DNA of 64,000 nucleotides from an uncultured Muribaculaceae bacterium (lineage in GTDB: Bacteria > Bacteroidota > Bacteroidia > Bacteroidales > UBA932), in assembly GCA_964385795.1 (NCBI GenBank), contig CAYLPY010000002.1, forward strand, positions 47,079 to 111,078, written 5' to 3'. Below the pieces are notes generated by a model that worked only from the letters and a program-made list of their open reading frames with translations, was not told where the DNA came from and did no database searches. Within the stretch, counting starts at the first letter, position 1. Each line of letters starts with the position of its first letter. Positions 28,956-38,442 of this stretch are shown here, piece after piece. The translations under genes and the position numbers were made by a program.

Positions 28956-30269
28956 CTATTCGTAATGTGGTTTCTGGAACCAGATGTCAAAGATATTAAC
29001 TCCGATTGAAAAATTAAAATACCGCTCCAGAATCATCCCGTCGGAAAGTCCTCCCCTGCGCCCGTACTCGAATCCCACGGTAAGGCCGTTGTACCAGCGG
29101 AAGACAGGGAATGTCGCCCCAACGGTTACACCTGTGGAGAAGACACCCTGCCCATTGAGCAGGAAGTTCTCCTTCTTGTAGTAGGCACCGGCACGATAGG
29201 CTACGTTGTTGAGATAGTAGCGTATGTCGTTACGGTTCGGAACTATTTCAAAACCCAGTCTGTAGGCTTCAGAAACAGAAGTCGAGAAAGGTGATGACAC
29301 ACTTGAGAAACCGCTGATATGCTCAAGTCCGCTGCTCCTCCAGTCAGACCGCGTGTAATCGAATGAGAGCATCCATTTGTCGGCGTATCTGACGGTGATT
29401 CCGGCTCCGATTTCCGAAGGAATCCTTGTATCGATGCCGAGTCCAAGCGTGTCCACTTTGTAGTAAAGTGTATCGGTAGCGGCACTGGTGCCGGCGTAAC
29501 GAAAATTCTCATAATATCCCCTCATCTTCGCTCCAGTAGAGTATGTCGCACCGGCTATGAGTCTAACCTTGTCTCCTATTGGCTGCTCATACTGGATACC
29601 GACCTTACCTCCCAGAGCATTGACCTGAAGGGAATTGGTGTTGTTGATACTGTTGTAGGAATTGTCACTGATGGTGGTGGTGAAAGCCTTGTCCACGTTG
29701 CCGAAGTAGAAATCCATCTGAGCCCCCACCGAAAGCCGCTTCCAGAAGGTGATTCCGGCAGCCGCGAACAGTTTGTATATGCTTCCTCTGCCTACGGCAG
29801 CGAAATTGATATTGCCGACGTTGCCTATCACGGAAGGATCGGTGTAGTCAAGGGAGTAGCCGAATCCAGTATTGCTGAAAGGCGAGATTCCGACCATCAT
29901 CGCAGAAGTACTCCAGAGAGGGAAAGAAATCACGCAGTCATTGACGTTGAAGGTATTGTTGACAGCGGAAATGTCGTTCTGCTTGAAGACTTTATTGTCT
30001 CCATAAAGAGAGAAGTCAGCCATAAACGCGAGAGAATCCCTCGCAGTAACGGCCGCCGGATTGAGAATATTGATGAAACGGTTGTTTCTCACGGCAACCC
30101 CGACACCGCCCATGGTCTGGTTATAAGCGGTCCCGCTGTGTCCCATATCTCCCACTCCGAAAATCGAATACGGCGAATATCCGCTGAAAGCCTGTGCACC
30201 GGCCACTTGCCCGATGCACATCAGCAGCAGCGCGACTGCCAATATCTTATTTGACGTTCTTACTGACAT
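28956..30269 (-). CDS. FadL/OmpP1-like outer-membrane beta-barrel (probable Bacteroidota BAM accessory BamG orthologue)
   Basis: Signal peptide; SPYSIFGVGD, MGG.G.A, NILNPA hatch motif; amphipathic strands; ends WFQKPHYE. Confidence 0.75.
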   Translation of the reverse strand: MSVRTSNKILAVALLLMCIGQVAGAQAFSGYSPYSIFGVGDMGHSGTAYNQTMGGVGVAVRNNRFINILNPAAVTARDSLAFMADFSLYGDNKVFKQNDISAVNNTFNVNDCVISFPLWSTSAMMVGISPFSNTGFGYSLDYTDPSVIGNVGNINFAAVGRGSIYKLFAAAGITFWKRLSVGAQMDFYFGNVDKAFTTTISDNSYNSINNTNSLQVNALGGKVGIQYEQPIGDKVRLIAGATYSTGAKMRGYYENFRYAGTSAATDTLYYKVDTLGLGIDTRIPSEIGAGITVRYADKWMLSFDYTRSDWRSSGLEHISGFSSVSSPFSTSVSEAYRLGFEIVPNRNDIRYYLNNVAYRAGAYYKKENFLLNGQGVFSTGVTVGATFPVFRWYNGLTVGFEYGRRGGLSDGMILERYFNFSIGVNIFDIWFQKPHYE

Positions 30270-30975
30270 ATTCTTCTGTGATGATGGCTAAACCCATCAG
30301 TTCAAGATTGCAAACCACAAAGATGGAGTTTTTCATCTTCTTGGCAAAATAAATTGCATCACCGCCCGTAAAAACAACTATATTGTCCTGACGGGAACGG
30401 ATATATCCCTCTATTTCAAACATTATACCCGAAACTACACCTGTCTCGATTGACGAACGGATTGAAAACCCCTCCGGAGAAAGCTTCTCGGGAGTGTCTA
30501 CGAGAGGAAGAGCCTTCGAATAACGGTTGAGAGCCTTGAACCTCGTGCGACATCCAGGGGAGATGTTGCCGCCGAGATACCTGCCGTCCGGACCTATGAA
30601 ATCTATGGTGAGGGTCGTCCCGAAATCGAACACCGTGCATGGTTTGCCTTTGAAGAGAAACCTTGCGGCGACTATGCCAGCGGACCTGTCAAAAGAAAGG
30701 TATTCAGGAAAATCGTACTTGAGAAGATAGTGCGTATGGTTCTTGTCAAGTATCAGAAGATGAGAACATTCCTTTCTGAGTATAGCCTCCTCCTCAGGAA
30801 GTACGCCGTAGACGGAAGCTATGGTGAGCACATCCGGCTTTTCCTTTTCTGTGAGGGTCAGAAGATATTCGAGCATCTTCTCACCCTGATAACGAAAAGT
30901 CTTGCCGAGAGTCACCCCTTCAGACCAAGCCGCCTTCAGCGCGGTGTTTCCTGTTACTACCAATAGATTGGCCAT
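30247..30975 (-). CDS. coaX: Type III pantothenate kinase, divergent first motif
   Basis: GNT, FDR, VFDFGT, GGNISPG, FTGGDA; the DxGNT Asp is replaced (VTGNT). Confidence 0.88.
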   Translation of the reverse strand: MANLLVVTGNTALKAAWSEGVTLGKTFRYQGEKMLEYLLTLTEKEKPDVLTIASVYGVLPEEEAILRKECSHLLILDKNHTHYLLKYDFPEYLSFDRSAGIVAARFLFKGKPCTVFDFGTTLTIDFIGPDGRYLGGNISPGCRTRFKALNRYSKALPLVDTPEKLSPEGFSIRSSIETGVVSGIMFEIEGYIRSRQDNIVVFTGGDAIYFAKKMKNSIFVVCNLELMGLAIITEEYVSKNVK

Positions 30976-30988
30976 AATGCAAATCCCG

Positions 30989-30996
30989 CAAATTTA
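30989..30996 (-). promoter_or_regulatory. -7 promoter box (coaX operon)
   Basis: TAAATTTG(CG) on the minus strand. Confidence 0.65.
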
Positions 30997-31033
30997 ATCA
31001 TTTTCTCAAACTCTTCGAATCTTCGGAAAATAC

Positions 31034-34000
31034 TCATGAAAGGGTGTTCAGTATTTTGAACGCCACTGCAAGATTCGCGACGTTGCGGGAGATTATCTTC
31101 AGTTTGTTCTCGGTCTGCTTTAGTTCCACGCGCCCCTGCATATCGTTGATTCTCGACATAACCCTCTCGAAAGTGGAGGACTTGTAATACGGGGACATGG
31201 CGTTGGCCACGAAGAACGCTATCAGAAGCCCGTTCTTTACGATGACCTTCTCGAAACCGAGAGCAGCCCCACGGTTTCGTATCTTGACTACAAAGAAAAG
31301 GTTCTGAATTTCTGCAGGAAGAGGTCCGAACCTATCTTCGAGACGGGAGGCGTAGTTGTCTATCTCCTTATCCGAGGACATCGAATCTATATTCCTGTAA
31401 ATTCTTATCTTTTCGGCAGTTATATCTATATAATCATCTGGTATGAGCGCCGGCTGATCGGTTTCTACGGTGCAATCTGTCACAAACTTGGCATCACTGC
31501 CTCCTATGCTCACGCCGGTCTCCACTCCGAGTTCCTCCATAGCTTCCGAGAGAATCTTCTGGTAGGTCTCATAGCCCATCTCAGTTATGAATCCGCTCTG
31601 TTCAGCTCCGAGCAGATTGCCGGCGCCGCGGATGTCGAGATCCTGCATCGCTATATTGAAACCGCTCCCGAGATCCGAGAACTCCTCTATCGCCTTGAGT
31701 CTCCTGCGGGCTTCGTCGGTGATGCTGACAAGCGGCGGCACTATGAGGTAGCAGAACGCCTTCTTGTTCGACCTTCCCACGCGCCCGCGGAGTTGATGGA
31801 GATCGCTGAGTCCGAAATTCTGCGCCTGATTGATTATTATGGTATTGGCATTAGGGATGTCGAGACCGTTCTCTATGATGGTGGTGCAGAGCATCATGTC
31901 ATAGTCACCACGCATAAAGTCGAGCATTATTCCCTCGAGTTTCCCTGATTCCATCTGACCATGCGCCACGCAAATCTTCATGTCGGGTACGAGTCTGTGC
32001 AGAATCTCGTATATAGCCTGAAGTTCCTCAACTTTGTTGTGGAGGAAGAACAGCTGACCGCCACGGTTGAGTTCATAGTTAATGATGCTCTTTATCTCCT
32101 TCTCATCGAAGAGAATAATCTCCGTCTGGACAGGAATCCTGTTAGGAGGTGGGGTGTTGATAATGCTGAGGTCCCTTGCTCCGAGCAGAGAGAACTGCAG
32201 AGTTCTCGGAATAGGCGTTGCGGTGAGAGTTAGTGTGTCCACCGAGGATTTCATCTGGCGGAGTTTCTCCTTTGCGGATACTCCGAACTTCTGTTCCTCA
32301 TCTATGATGAGGAGTCCAAGATCTTTAAACTGATAGTCCTTGCCGAGTATCTTGTGGGTGCCTATGAGGATGTCTATCTGACCCTCGAGAAGCCTTTTCT
32401 TTATGTCGGCGAGTTCTTTCGCGGTACGCAAACGACTGACGTACTCGATTGTGCACGGCAGGTTGTGCAGTCTGTTCTTGAAGGTATTGAAATGTTGAAG
32501 TGCGAGAATGGTCGTTGGCACGAGGACGGCTACCTGCTTGCCGTCCGCAGCCGCCTTGAACGCAGCACGGATGGCTATCTCCGTCTTGCCGAATCCCACG
32601 TCGCCGCAGACGAGCCTGTCCATCGGGCAGGAATCCTCCATGTCGCGTTTGAAAGCTGCAGTCGCTGCCTCCTGGTCCGGTGTGTCATCAAACATGAACG
32701 AAGACTCGAGTTCTTCCTGCATATACGTGTCGGGGGAGAAGGCGAAACCTTTGGAAGCCCTGCGCTTGGCATAGAGTTGAATCAGTTCCTTCGCGATGTC
32801 CTTGACCTTGGACTTTGCACCGGTCTTGAGCGCACTCCATGTCTTAGAGCCTAACTTATTGATTTTAGGTGGCTCTCCATCCTTGGAGCGGAAGCGGGAA
32901 ATCTTGTTGAGCGAGTGCACGGAGACGAACACTACATCTCCGTCCTTATAGGTTATTTTGACAACCTCCTTCATCCTCCCTCGGTCGTCGCGCATCCTGA
33001 CAAGACCTCCGAATATACCCACGCCATGGTCTATGTGCACGACGTAGTCACCGACGTTGAAGGCGTTTAAGTCGTTGATGGTGAGTTGCTCGCTCTTCTC
33101 AACCGAACGGCGTATGCTGACGCGGTGGAACCTGTCGAATATCTCGTGGTCCGTGTAGCAGCATACCTTGTCGGAAGAGTCTATGAAGCCGTTATGGATA
33201 TTCTTGCCTGCCACGAACTCGGGGATGAGACCGCCATTCTGGGAAAGGATTGATTTTATCCTTTCAAGCTGCGAGGCTTTTTCGCCGAATATCAGCACTT
33301 TATATCCAGTCTCCATACGTGAGCGGATGTCCTCTGTAAGAAGTTCAAAGTTCTTGTTGAAAGCAGGCTGAGGACTTACCTCGAAGACTGCCTGGCTGTC
33401 CACCGGGACGGAGAGGGGAGTGTCTATGTAGATTTTCCTGTAAGGGCCTGTGTCTTTCACGAAAACTTTTTGTGAATACATGTCGAAGGAGTCAAGCCAC
33501 AGAATGGAATCCTTTGGAAGTATGGAGAAGAGACTCTGTCCGTCCTCGGCTCGAGTGGACACGACAGCCGAGACTATGTCGGCGTTGTCAAGTTCTCCTG
33601 TGGAAAGCTGGGTGTTGCAATCGAAAGTGTGGATACTCTCTATCTCGTTGCCCCAGAACGAAATACGGTAGGGGAAGTTGTTTGAGTAAGAGAATATGTC
33701 AACTATCGAGCCTCTGATGGCATACTGTCCTGGGGAGGACACGAAGTCAGCGCGCTCGAAATCCTTTGAGGAGAGCATCTCGACTATCTCGTCGTGGGAT
33801 ATCTCCTGCCCTCTGGAAATGTGAAGTATGGACGAGTCCATGTCCGCACTCAGAGGAATAAACTCCTCAATGGCCTCAGGATAAGTGACCACTATCGTGA
33901 GTTCCTTCCCGGCTGAGAGTATCTTTCCTATCGCGGAGGTTCTCTGGACGGCGAGAGAGGATTTGTAGTTGCTGCGCTCCACGTTTATGCCGGATTCGGG

Positions 34001-34222
34001 GAGGAAGAACACACGGTCACCTTCAACGAAGTTGTAAAGATCAGCAGCACAGTATTCTGCAGATTCAAGGGACGGCAGCAGTACGAGATGCATCCCGCTC
34101 TTCGCTACCTGCGAAAGCACAATCCAACGGGCCGACAGATACAGACCTCGGCAATATATATTTTTCTCTCCGGAAGAAATCCGTCCCTCAAGTTCTTTGC
34201 AAGACTTGGAACTTATTAACAT
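31034..34222 (-). CDS. mfd: Transcription-repair coupling factor
   Basis: GDYVVHIDHGVG, CGDVGFGKT, IDEEQKFGV, TATPIPRT, QLRGRVGR, TRCF C-terminus; ATG at 34222 preferred over the TTG at 34333. Confidence 0.96.
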   Translation of the reverse strand: MLISSKSCKELEGRISSGEKNIYCRGLYLSARWIVLSQVAKSGMHLVLLPSLESAEYCAADLYNFVEGDRVFFLPESGINVERSNYKSSLAVQRTSAIGKILSAGKELTIVVTYPEAIEEFIPLSADMDSSILHISRGQEISHDEIVEMLSSKDFERADFVSSPGQYAIRGSIVDIFSYSNNFPYRISFWGNEIESIHTFDCNTQLSTGELDNADIVSAVVSTRAEDGQSLFSILPKDSILWLDSFDMYSQKVFVKDTGPYRKIYIDTPLSVPVDSQAVFEVSPQPAFNKNFELLTEDIRSRMETGYKVLIFGEKASQLERIKSILSQNGGLIPEFVAGKNIHNGFIDSSDKVCCYTDHEIFDRFHRVSIRRSVEKSEQLTINDLNAFNVGDYVVHIDHGVGIFGGLVRMRDDRGRMKEVVKITYKDGDVVFVSVHSLNKISRFRSKDGEPPKINKLGSKTWSALKTGAKSKVKDIAKELIQLYAKRRASKGFAFSPDTYMQEELESSFMFDDTPDQEAATAAFKRDMEDSCPMDRLVCGDVGFGKTEIAIRAAFKAAADGKQVAVLVPTTILALQHFNTFKNRLHNLPCTIEYVSRLRTAKELADIKKRLLEGQIDILIGTHKILGKDYQFKDLGLLIIDEEQKFGVSAKEKLRQMKSSVDTLTLTATPIPRTLQFSLLGARDLSIINTPPPNRIPVQTEIILFDEKEIKSIINYELNRGGQLFFLHNKVEELQAIYEILHRLVPDMKICVAHGQMESGKLEGIMLDFMRGDYDMMLCTTIIENGLDIPNANTIIINQAQNFGLSDLHQLRGRVGRSNKKAFCYLIVPPLVSITDEARRRLKAIEEFSDLGSGFNIAMQDLDIRGAGNLLGAEQSGFITEMGYETYQKILSEAMEELGVETGVSIGGSDAKFVTDCTVETDQPALIPDDYIDITAEKIRIYRNIDSMSSDKEIDNYASRLEDRFGPLPAEIQNLFFVVKIRNRGAALGFEKVIVKNGLLIAFFVANAMSPYYKSSTFERVMSRINDMQGRVELKQTENKLKIISRNVANLAVAFKILNTLS

Positions 34223-34445
34223 ATTCGGCGTTTCAGATGTTGAAAAACTGTTAAAAAGCCGTTCGTACGCACCCATGTTTTTGTTGAGAACTTTCAGCCG
34301 GATGTTTTTCAACTTTTCGTCGACAGGCCGCAAATAAGGTATTCAACTTTTTTGACGTTTATTAAAGAATTAAGCTACAGACCTTTAAAGTAGTTATCAA
34401 CAATATCAACAAGCTATAATAACATTCAAATTATATAAATAAAAG
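34213..34445. other. Candidate replication origin (oriC): A/T-rich spacer with clustered DnaA-box-like 9-mers
   Basis: TTATTAACA 34213, TGTTGAAAA 34238, TGTTAAAAA 34249, TGTTGAGAA 34282, TTTTCAACT 34306, TATTCAACT 34340, TTATCAACA 34394, ATATCAACA 34403; flanking genes diverge from this point. Confidence 0.55.
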
Positions 34446-34447
34446 AC

Positions 34448-34455
34448 TATATTTG
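34448..34455 (+). promoter_or_regulatory. -7 promoter box (ruvB-sdhAB)
   Basis: TATATTTG. Confidence 0.65.
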
Positions 34456-34471
34456 TATTTCATTTAAAGCT

Positions 34472-35503
34472 ATGGCGCATTCGGAGTTTGACCCGCACGA
34501 CACGAACGAGGGCAAAGATAAGGATTTAGAGGGAATTATCCGTCCTCACGAATTGGAAGATTTCACTGGCCAAGGTGAGATTGTGTCCAATCTACGCGTT
34601 TATGTGCAGGCTGCCAAGATGCGCGGAGAAGCTTTGGACCACACGCTTTTCCATGGTCCTCCAGGACTCGGAAAGACGACTCTGGCGCATATCATAGCCA
34701 ATGAGATGGGCGTCAACATCAAAATAACTTCAGGTCCAGTTCTCGACCGCCCCGGCGATCTGGCAGGTCTGCTGACTTCTCTCGACAAAGGTGACGTGCT
34801 CTTCATAGACGAGATACACCGTCTGTCTCCGGAAGTGGAGGAGTATCTTTACTCCGCGATGGAGGACTATGTCATAGACATCATGATAGACAAAGGACCG
34901 GGAGCCCGTTCCGTGCGGATTTCCCTCAATCCATTCACGCTTGTGGGCGCTACGACGAGGGCAGGTCTGCTGACCGCGCCCCTGCGGGCACGTTTCGGCA
35001 TCAACTGTGGGCTTGAGTACTATGACACAATGGATCTTATGAAGATTATAAGGCGTAGCGCAGGAATTCTGAACGTACCAATCGATTCTGCGGCTGCCGA
35101 GGAGATTGCGCTACGCAGCCGTGGAACGCCGCGTATAGCCAACTCTCTGCTGCGGCGCGTGCGAGACTTCGCGCAGGTCAAGGGTGACGGTTGCATTGAT
35201 CTTGCGATAGCGAAGTTCGCTCTTGACAAGCTCAGGATAGATACCCGAGGACTGGATTCGGTGGACAACAAGATTCTCCGCACCATCATCGAGACTTTCA
35301 AGGGCGGTCCTGTCGGAGCTAACACCATAGCAACGGCGATAGGGGAGGATCAGGGTACTTTCGAAGAAGTTTATGAGCCTTTCCTTATAAAGGAGGGTTT
35401 TATAGTAAGGACGCAGCGGGGAAGAATTGCCACCGACCTGTCATACCGTCATCTCGGTCTCATGAAGGACAGGGGAGAAGGGAGCGAGCCGGCGCTTTTT
35501 TAA
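34472..35503 (+). CDS. ruvB: Holliday junction branch migration helicase RuvB
   Basis: [40 protein letters not shown]. Confidence 0.98.
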   Translation: MAHSEFDPHDTNEGKDKDLEGIIRPHELEDFTGQGEIVSNLRVYVQAAKMRGEALDHTLFHGPPGLGKTTLAHIIANEMGVNIKITSGPVLDRPGDLAGLLTSLDKGDVLFIDEIHRLSPEVEEYLYSAMEDYVIDIMIDKGPGARSVRISLNPFTLVGATTRAGLLTAPLRARFGINCGLEYYDTMDLMKIIRRSAGILNVPIDSAAAEEIALRSRGTPRIANSLLRRVRDFAQVKGDGCIDLAIAKFALDKLRIDTRGLDSVDNKILRTIIETFKGGPVGANTIATAIGEDQGTFEEVYEPFLIKEGFIVRTQRGRIATDLSYRHLGLMKDRGEGSEPALF

Positions 35504-35542
35504 CTTACAATAATTGCAACAATATAATAATCTTATAGATAA

Positions 35543-37489
35543 ATGTCTGACAAGTTAATTTCTAAAATTCCGGAAGGACCGCTTGAACAAAAATGGACCA
35601 AGCGCAAGTCCGAAATCCATCTTGTGAGCCCGAACAACAAGCGCAAGCTTGAGGTTATCGTTGTCGGCACCGGCCTCGGAGGAGCTTCCGCAGCTGCTTC
35701 CCTCGGTGAACTCGGCTACAATGTGAAGATTTTCTGCATCAGCGACTCTCCTCGCCGTGCGCACTCCATCGCCGCGCAGGGAGGTATCAACGCTGCAAAG
35801 AACTATCAGAACGACAATGACTCGGTCTATCGTCTGTTCTACGACACCATCAAGGGTGGTGACTACCGCAGCCGCGAGGCCAATGTCTACCGTCTCGCTG
35901 AAGTGAGTGCAGCCATCATCGACCAGTGCGTTGCTCAGGGAATTCCTTTTGCCCGCGAGTATGGCGGATATCTTGCCAACCGTTCTTTCGGAGGTGTGCA
36001 GGTTAGCCGCACTTTCTACGCCAGGGGACAAACCGGACAGCAGCTTCTGCTCGGAGCCTATGCTTCTCTCAATAAGGAGATTGCAGCGGGCACAGTCAAG
36101 TCTTACCCTCGCCACGAGATGCTCGACCTAGTTATCGTGGACGGTCAGGCAAAGGGTATCATCACCCGCAATCTTGTCACCGGACAACTTGAGAGGTTTG
36201 GAGCGCACGCAGTCGTAATTGCCACCGGAGGTTACGGAAATACCTATTTCCTCTCCACCAATGCGATGAACAGCAATGGTTCTGCAGCTCTCCAGTGTTA
36301 TAAGAAGGGAGCTTATTTTGCAAATCCTTGCTTTGCACAGATTCACCCTACTTGCATCCCTGTACACGGAGACCAGCAGTGTAAGCTCACCCTTATGAGC
36401 GAGTCTCTCCGCAACGACGGACGCATCTGGGTTCCAAAGAAGAAGGAGGACGTGCTGAAACTCAGAAAGCATGAAATCAAGGCTTCCCAGATACCTGAGG
36501 AAGACAGGGATTACTATCTCGAGCGCCGTTACCCTGCATTTGGAAACCTCGTTCCTCGTGACGTGGCTTCACGTGCCGCGAAGGAAAGGTGCGATGCCGG
36601 CTTTGGAGTGAACGAGACCGGAAAGGCAGTGTTCCTCGACTTCTCCGATGCCATCCAGCGTCTCGGTCATAAGAGGGTTGCTGAGCGTTATGGCAACCTC
36701 TTCGAGATGTACGAGAAGATTACTGCTTCTTCTCCTTGGGAGGAGCCTATGATGATATATCCGGCAATCCACTACACGATGGGCGGCATCTGGGTTGACT
36801 ACGACCTTCAGACAACGATTCCTGGCCTCTACGCCATCGGCGAGGCCAACTTCTCTGACCACGGCGGAAACCGTCTCGGCGCCTCGGCGCTCATGCAGGG
36901 TCTTGCGGACGGATATTTCGTGCTCCCTGTGACTATAGGAGATTACCTTTCAAAGAAGTTTGCAGAGCCTAAGACCGATACTTCCACCAAGGAGTTCGTG
37001 GAGGCTGAGAAGGCAGTGCAGGCACGTATCGACCGACTTTTCTCAATCAAGGGTACAAAGACCGTCGATTCTATCCACAAGAAACTTGGAAACATCATGT
37101 GGGAGTATGTCGGTATGGCCCGTGACGCTGAAGGACTAAAGAAGGCAATCAAGGAAATTGACGAACTCCGCAAGGATTTCTACGAGAACGTTAATGTCCC
37201 TGGAAGCCAGTTCGAGTTCAACCAGGAACTTGAGAAGGCTCTTCGTCTTGAGGACTTCTTCGAGATTGGTTCTCTTATGGCCCGTGATGCTCTGAACCGC
37301 AACGAGTCTTGCGGCGGACATTTCCGCGTAGAAAGCCAGACCGAAGAGGGAGAGGCCAAGAGAGACGACGAGAACTATATGTATGTGGCGGCTTGGGAAT
37401 ACAAGGGTGAAGGCGTTGAGCCAGAACTTCATAAGGAGCCTCTCAAATACGAGTTTATCAAGGTTGCCACGAGAAACTACAAAGACTAA
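35543..37489 (+). CDS. sdhA: Fumarate reductase/succinate dehydrogenase flavoprotein subunit
   Basis: [44 protein letters not shown]. Confidence 0.97.
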   Translation: MSDKLISKIPEGPLEQKWTKRKSEIHLVSPNNKRKLEVIVVGTGLGGASAAASLGELGYNVKIFCISDSPRRAHSIAAQGGINAAKNYQNDNDSVYRLFYDTIKGGDYRSREANVYRLAEVSAAIIDQCVAQGIPFAREYGGYLANRSFGGVQVSRTFYARGQTGQQLLLGAYASLNKEIAAGTVKSYPRHEMLDLVIVDGQAKGIITRNLVTGQLERFGAHAVVIATGGYGNTYFLSTNAMNSNGSAALQCYKKGAYFANPCFAQIHPTCIPVHGDQQCKLTLMSESLRNDGRIWVPKKKEDVLKLRKHEIKASQIPEEDRDYYLERRYPAFGNLVPRDVASRAAKERCDAGFGVNETGKAVFLDFSDAIQRLGHKRVAERYGNLFEMYEKITASSPWEEPMMIYPAIHYTMGGIWVDYDLQTTIPGLYAIGEANFSDHGGNRLGASALMQGLADGYFVLPVTIGDYLSKKFAEPKTDTSTKEFVEAEKAVQARIDRLFSIKGTKTVDSIHKKLGNIMWEYVGMARDAEGLKKAIKEIDELRKDFYENVNVPGSQFEFNQELEKALRLEDFFEIGSLMARDALNRNESCGGHFRVESQTEEGEAKRDDENYMYVAAWEYKGEGVEPELHKEPLKYEFIKVATRNYKD

Positions 37490-37494
37490 TCGCG

Positions 37495-38274
37495 ATGGAA
37501 TTCAATTTAAAAATATGGCGTCAGCAGAACGCTAAAGCCAAAGGACATTTTGAGACATACCATATTTCCGGCATCGAAGAGGACGCATCTTTCCTTGAGA
37601 TGCTCGATATTCTCAACGAGCAGTTGATTAGCGAGGGATGTGATCCTGTCGCCGTTGAGAGGGGATGCCAGAGCAGTGGTCCTGTCTCATTCGACCACGA
37701 TTGCCGTGAGGGTATATGTGGCGCTTGTTCTCTGTATATCGACGGGCGCGCACACGGCCCGGATGATCATGTGACTACCTGCCAGCTCTTTATGAGACAT
37801 TTCAAGGATGGCGCTACAATCACCGTAGAGCCATGGAGAAGCGCGGCGTTCCCGGTTATCAAGGATCTTGTAGTTGACCGCAGGGCTTTCGACAAGATTC
37901 TTCAGGCAGGTGGATTCATTTCCGTGCGTACCGGTGCAGCCCAGGATGCCAACAATATCCTCATCTCTCATGAGAAGGCTGAGGAGAGTATGGATGCAGC
38001 CGCTTGCGTAGGTTGCGGAGCTTGCGTTGCCACCTGCAAGAATGGCTCTGCAATGCTGTTTGTGGCAGCTCGTGTAAGTTCTCTCGCACTCCTTCCTCAG
38101 GGCCGTCCTGAGGCAGCAAAAAGAGCCAAGGCGATGGTTGCCAAGATGGATGAACTTGGATTCGGAAACTGCACTAACACTCGCGCCTGCGAGCTTGAAT
38201 GCCCTAAGGGCATCACTGTAGCTCACATCGCAAGGCTCAACCGCGAGTTCCTTAAGGCGAAGTTCTCAGACTAA
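37495..38274 (+). CDS. sdhB: Fumarate reductase/succinate dehydrogenase iron-sulfur subunit
   Basis: [19 protein letters not shown]...C, CTNTRAC...CP; carries an insertion of about 12 aa before the first Cys cluster. Confidence 0.97.
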   Translation: MEFNLKIWRQQNAKAKGHFETYHISGIEEDASFLEMLDILNEQLISEGCDPVAVERGCQSSGPVSFDHDCREGICGACSLYIDGRAHGPDDHVTTCQLFMRHFKDGATITVEPWRSAAFPVIKDLVVDRRAFDKILQAGGFISVRTGAAQDANNILISHEKAEESMDAAACVGCGACVATCKNGSAMLFVAARVSSLALLPQGRPEAAKRAKAMVAKMDELGFGNCTNTRACELECPKGITVAHIARLNREFLKAKFSD

Positions 38275-38298
38275 GGCTTTTCTCTTGCGATAATATTC

Positions 38299-38335
38299 AA
38301 TCTGGACCGACAAATGCCGGTCCAGATTTTTTTTT
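38299..38335 (+). terminator. Intrinsic terminator after sdhB
   Basis: AATCTGGACCG-N8-CGGTCCAGATT followed by a T-run. Confidence 0.88.
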
Positions 38336-38442
38336 GTTCGCCTGTCACGGACTCACTCTAACGGGTGCAATCCCTTATACAGTTATAATAGATTGAAACT
38401 TAGAGCGTGAGTTAAGTTACGCAGTGAGACTTAAGCTGATGT

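Noticed and set aside
34223-34333. N-terminal extension of Mfd from TTG 34333
   Set aside because: Low-complexity translation of A/T-rich DNA containing the DnaA-box-like motifs; ATG 34222 is the more plausible start.
38364-38399. CRISPR array
   Set aside because: The repeat-like 36-mer occurs once, with no spacers and no cas genes in the window; kept only as an orphan-element finding.
38341-38442. tRNA fragment or self-cleaving ribozyme (GGGTGCAATCCC T-arm-like; GAAAC)
   Set aside because: No cloverleaf, no CTGANGA hammerhead core, and no convincing twister/pistol consensus on either strand.
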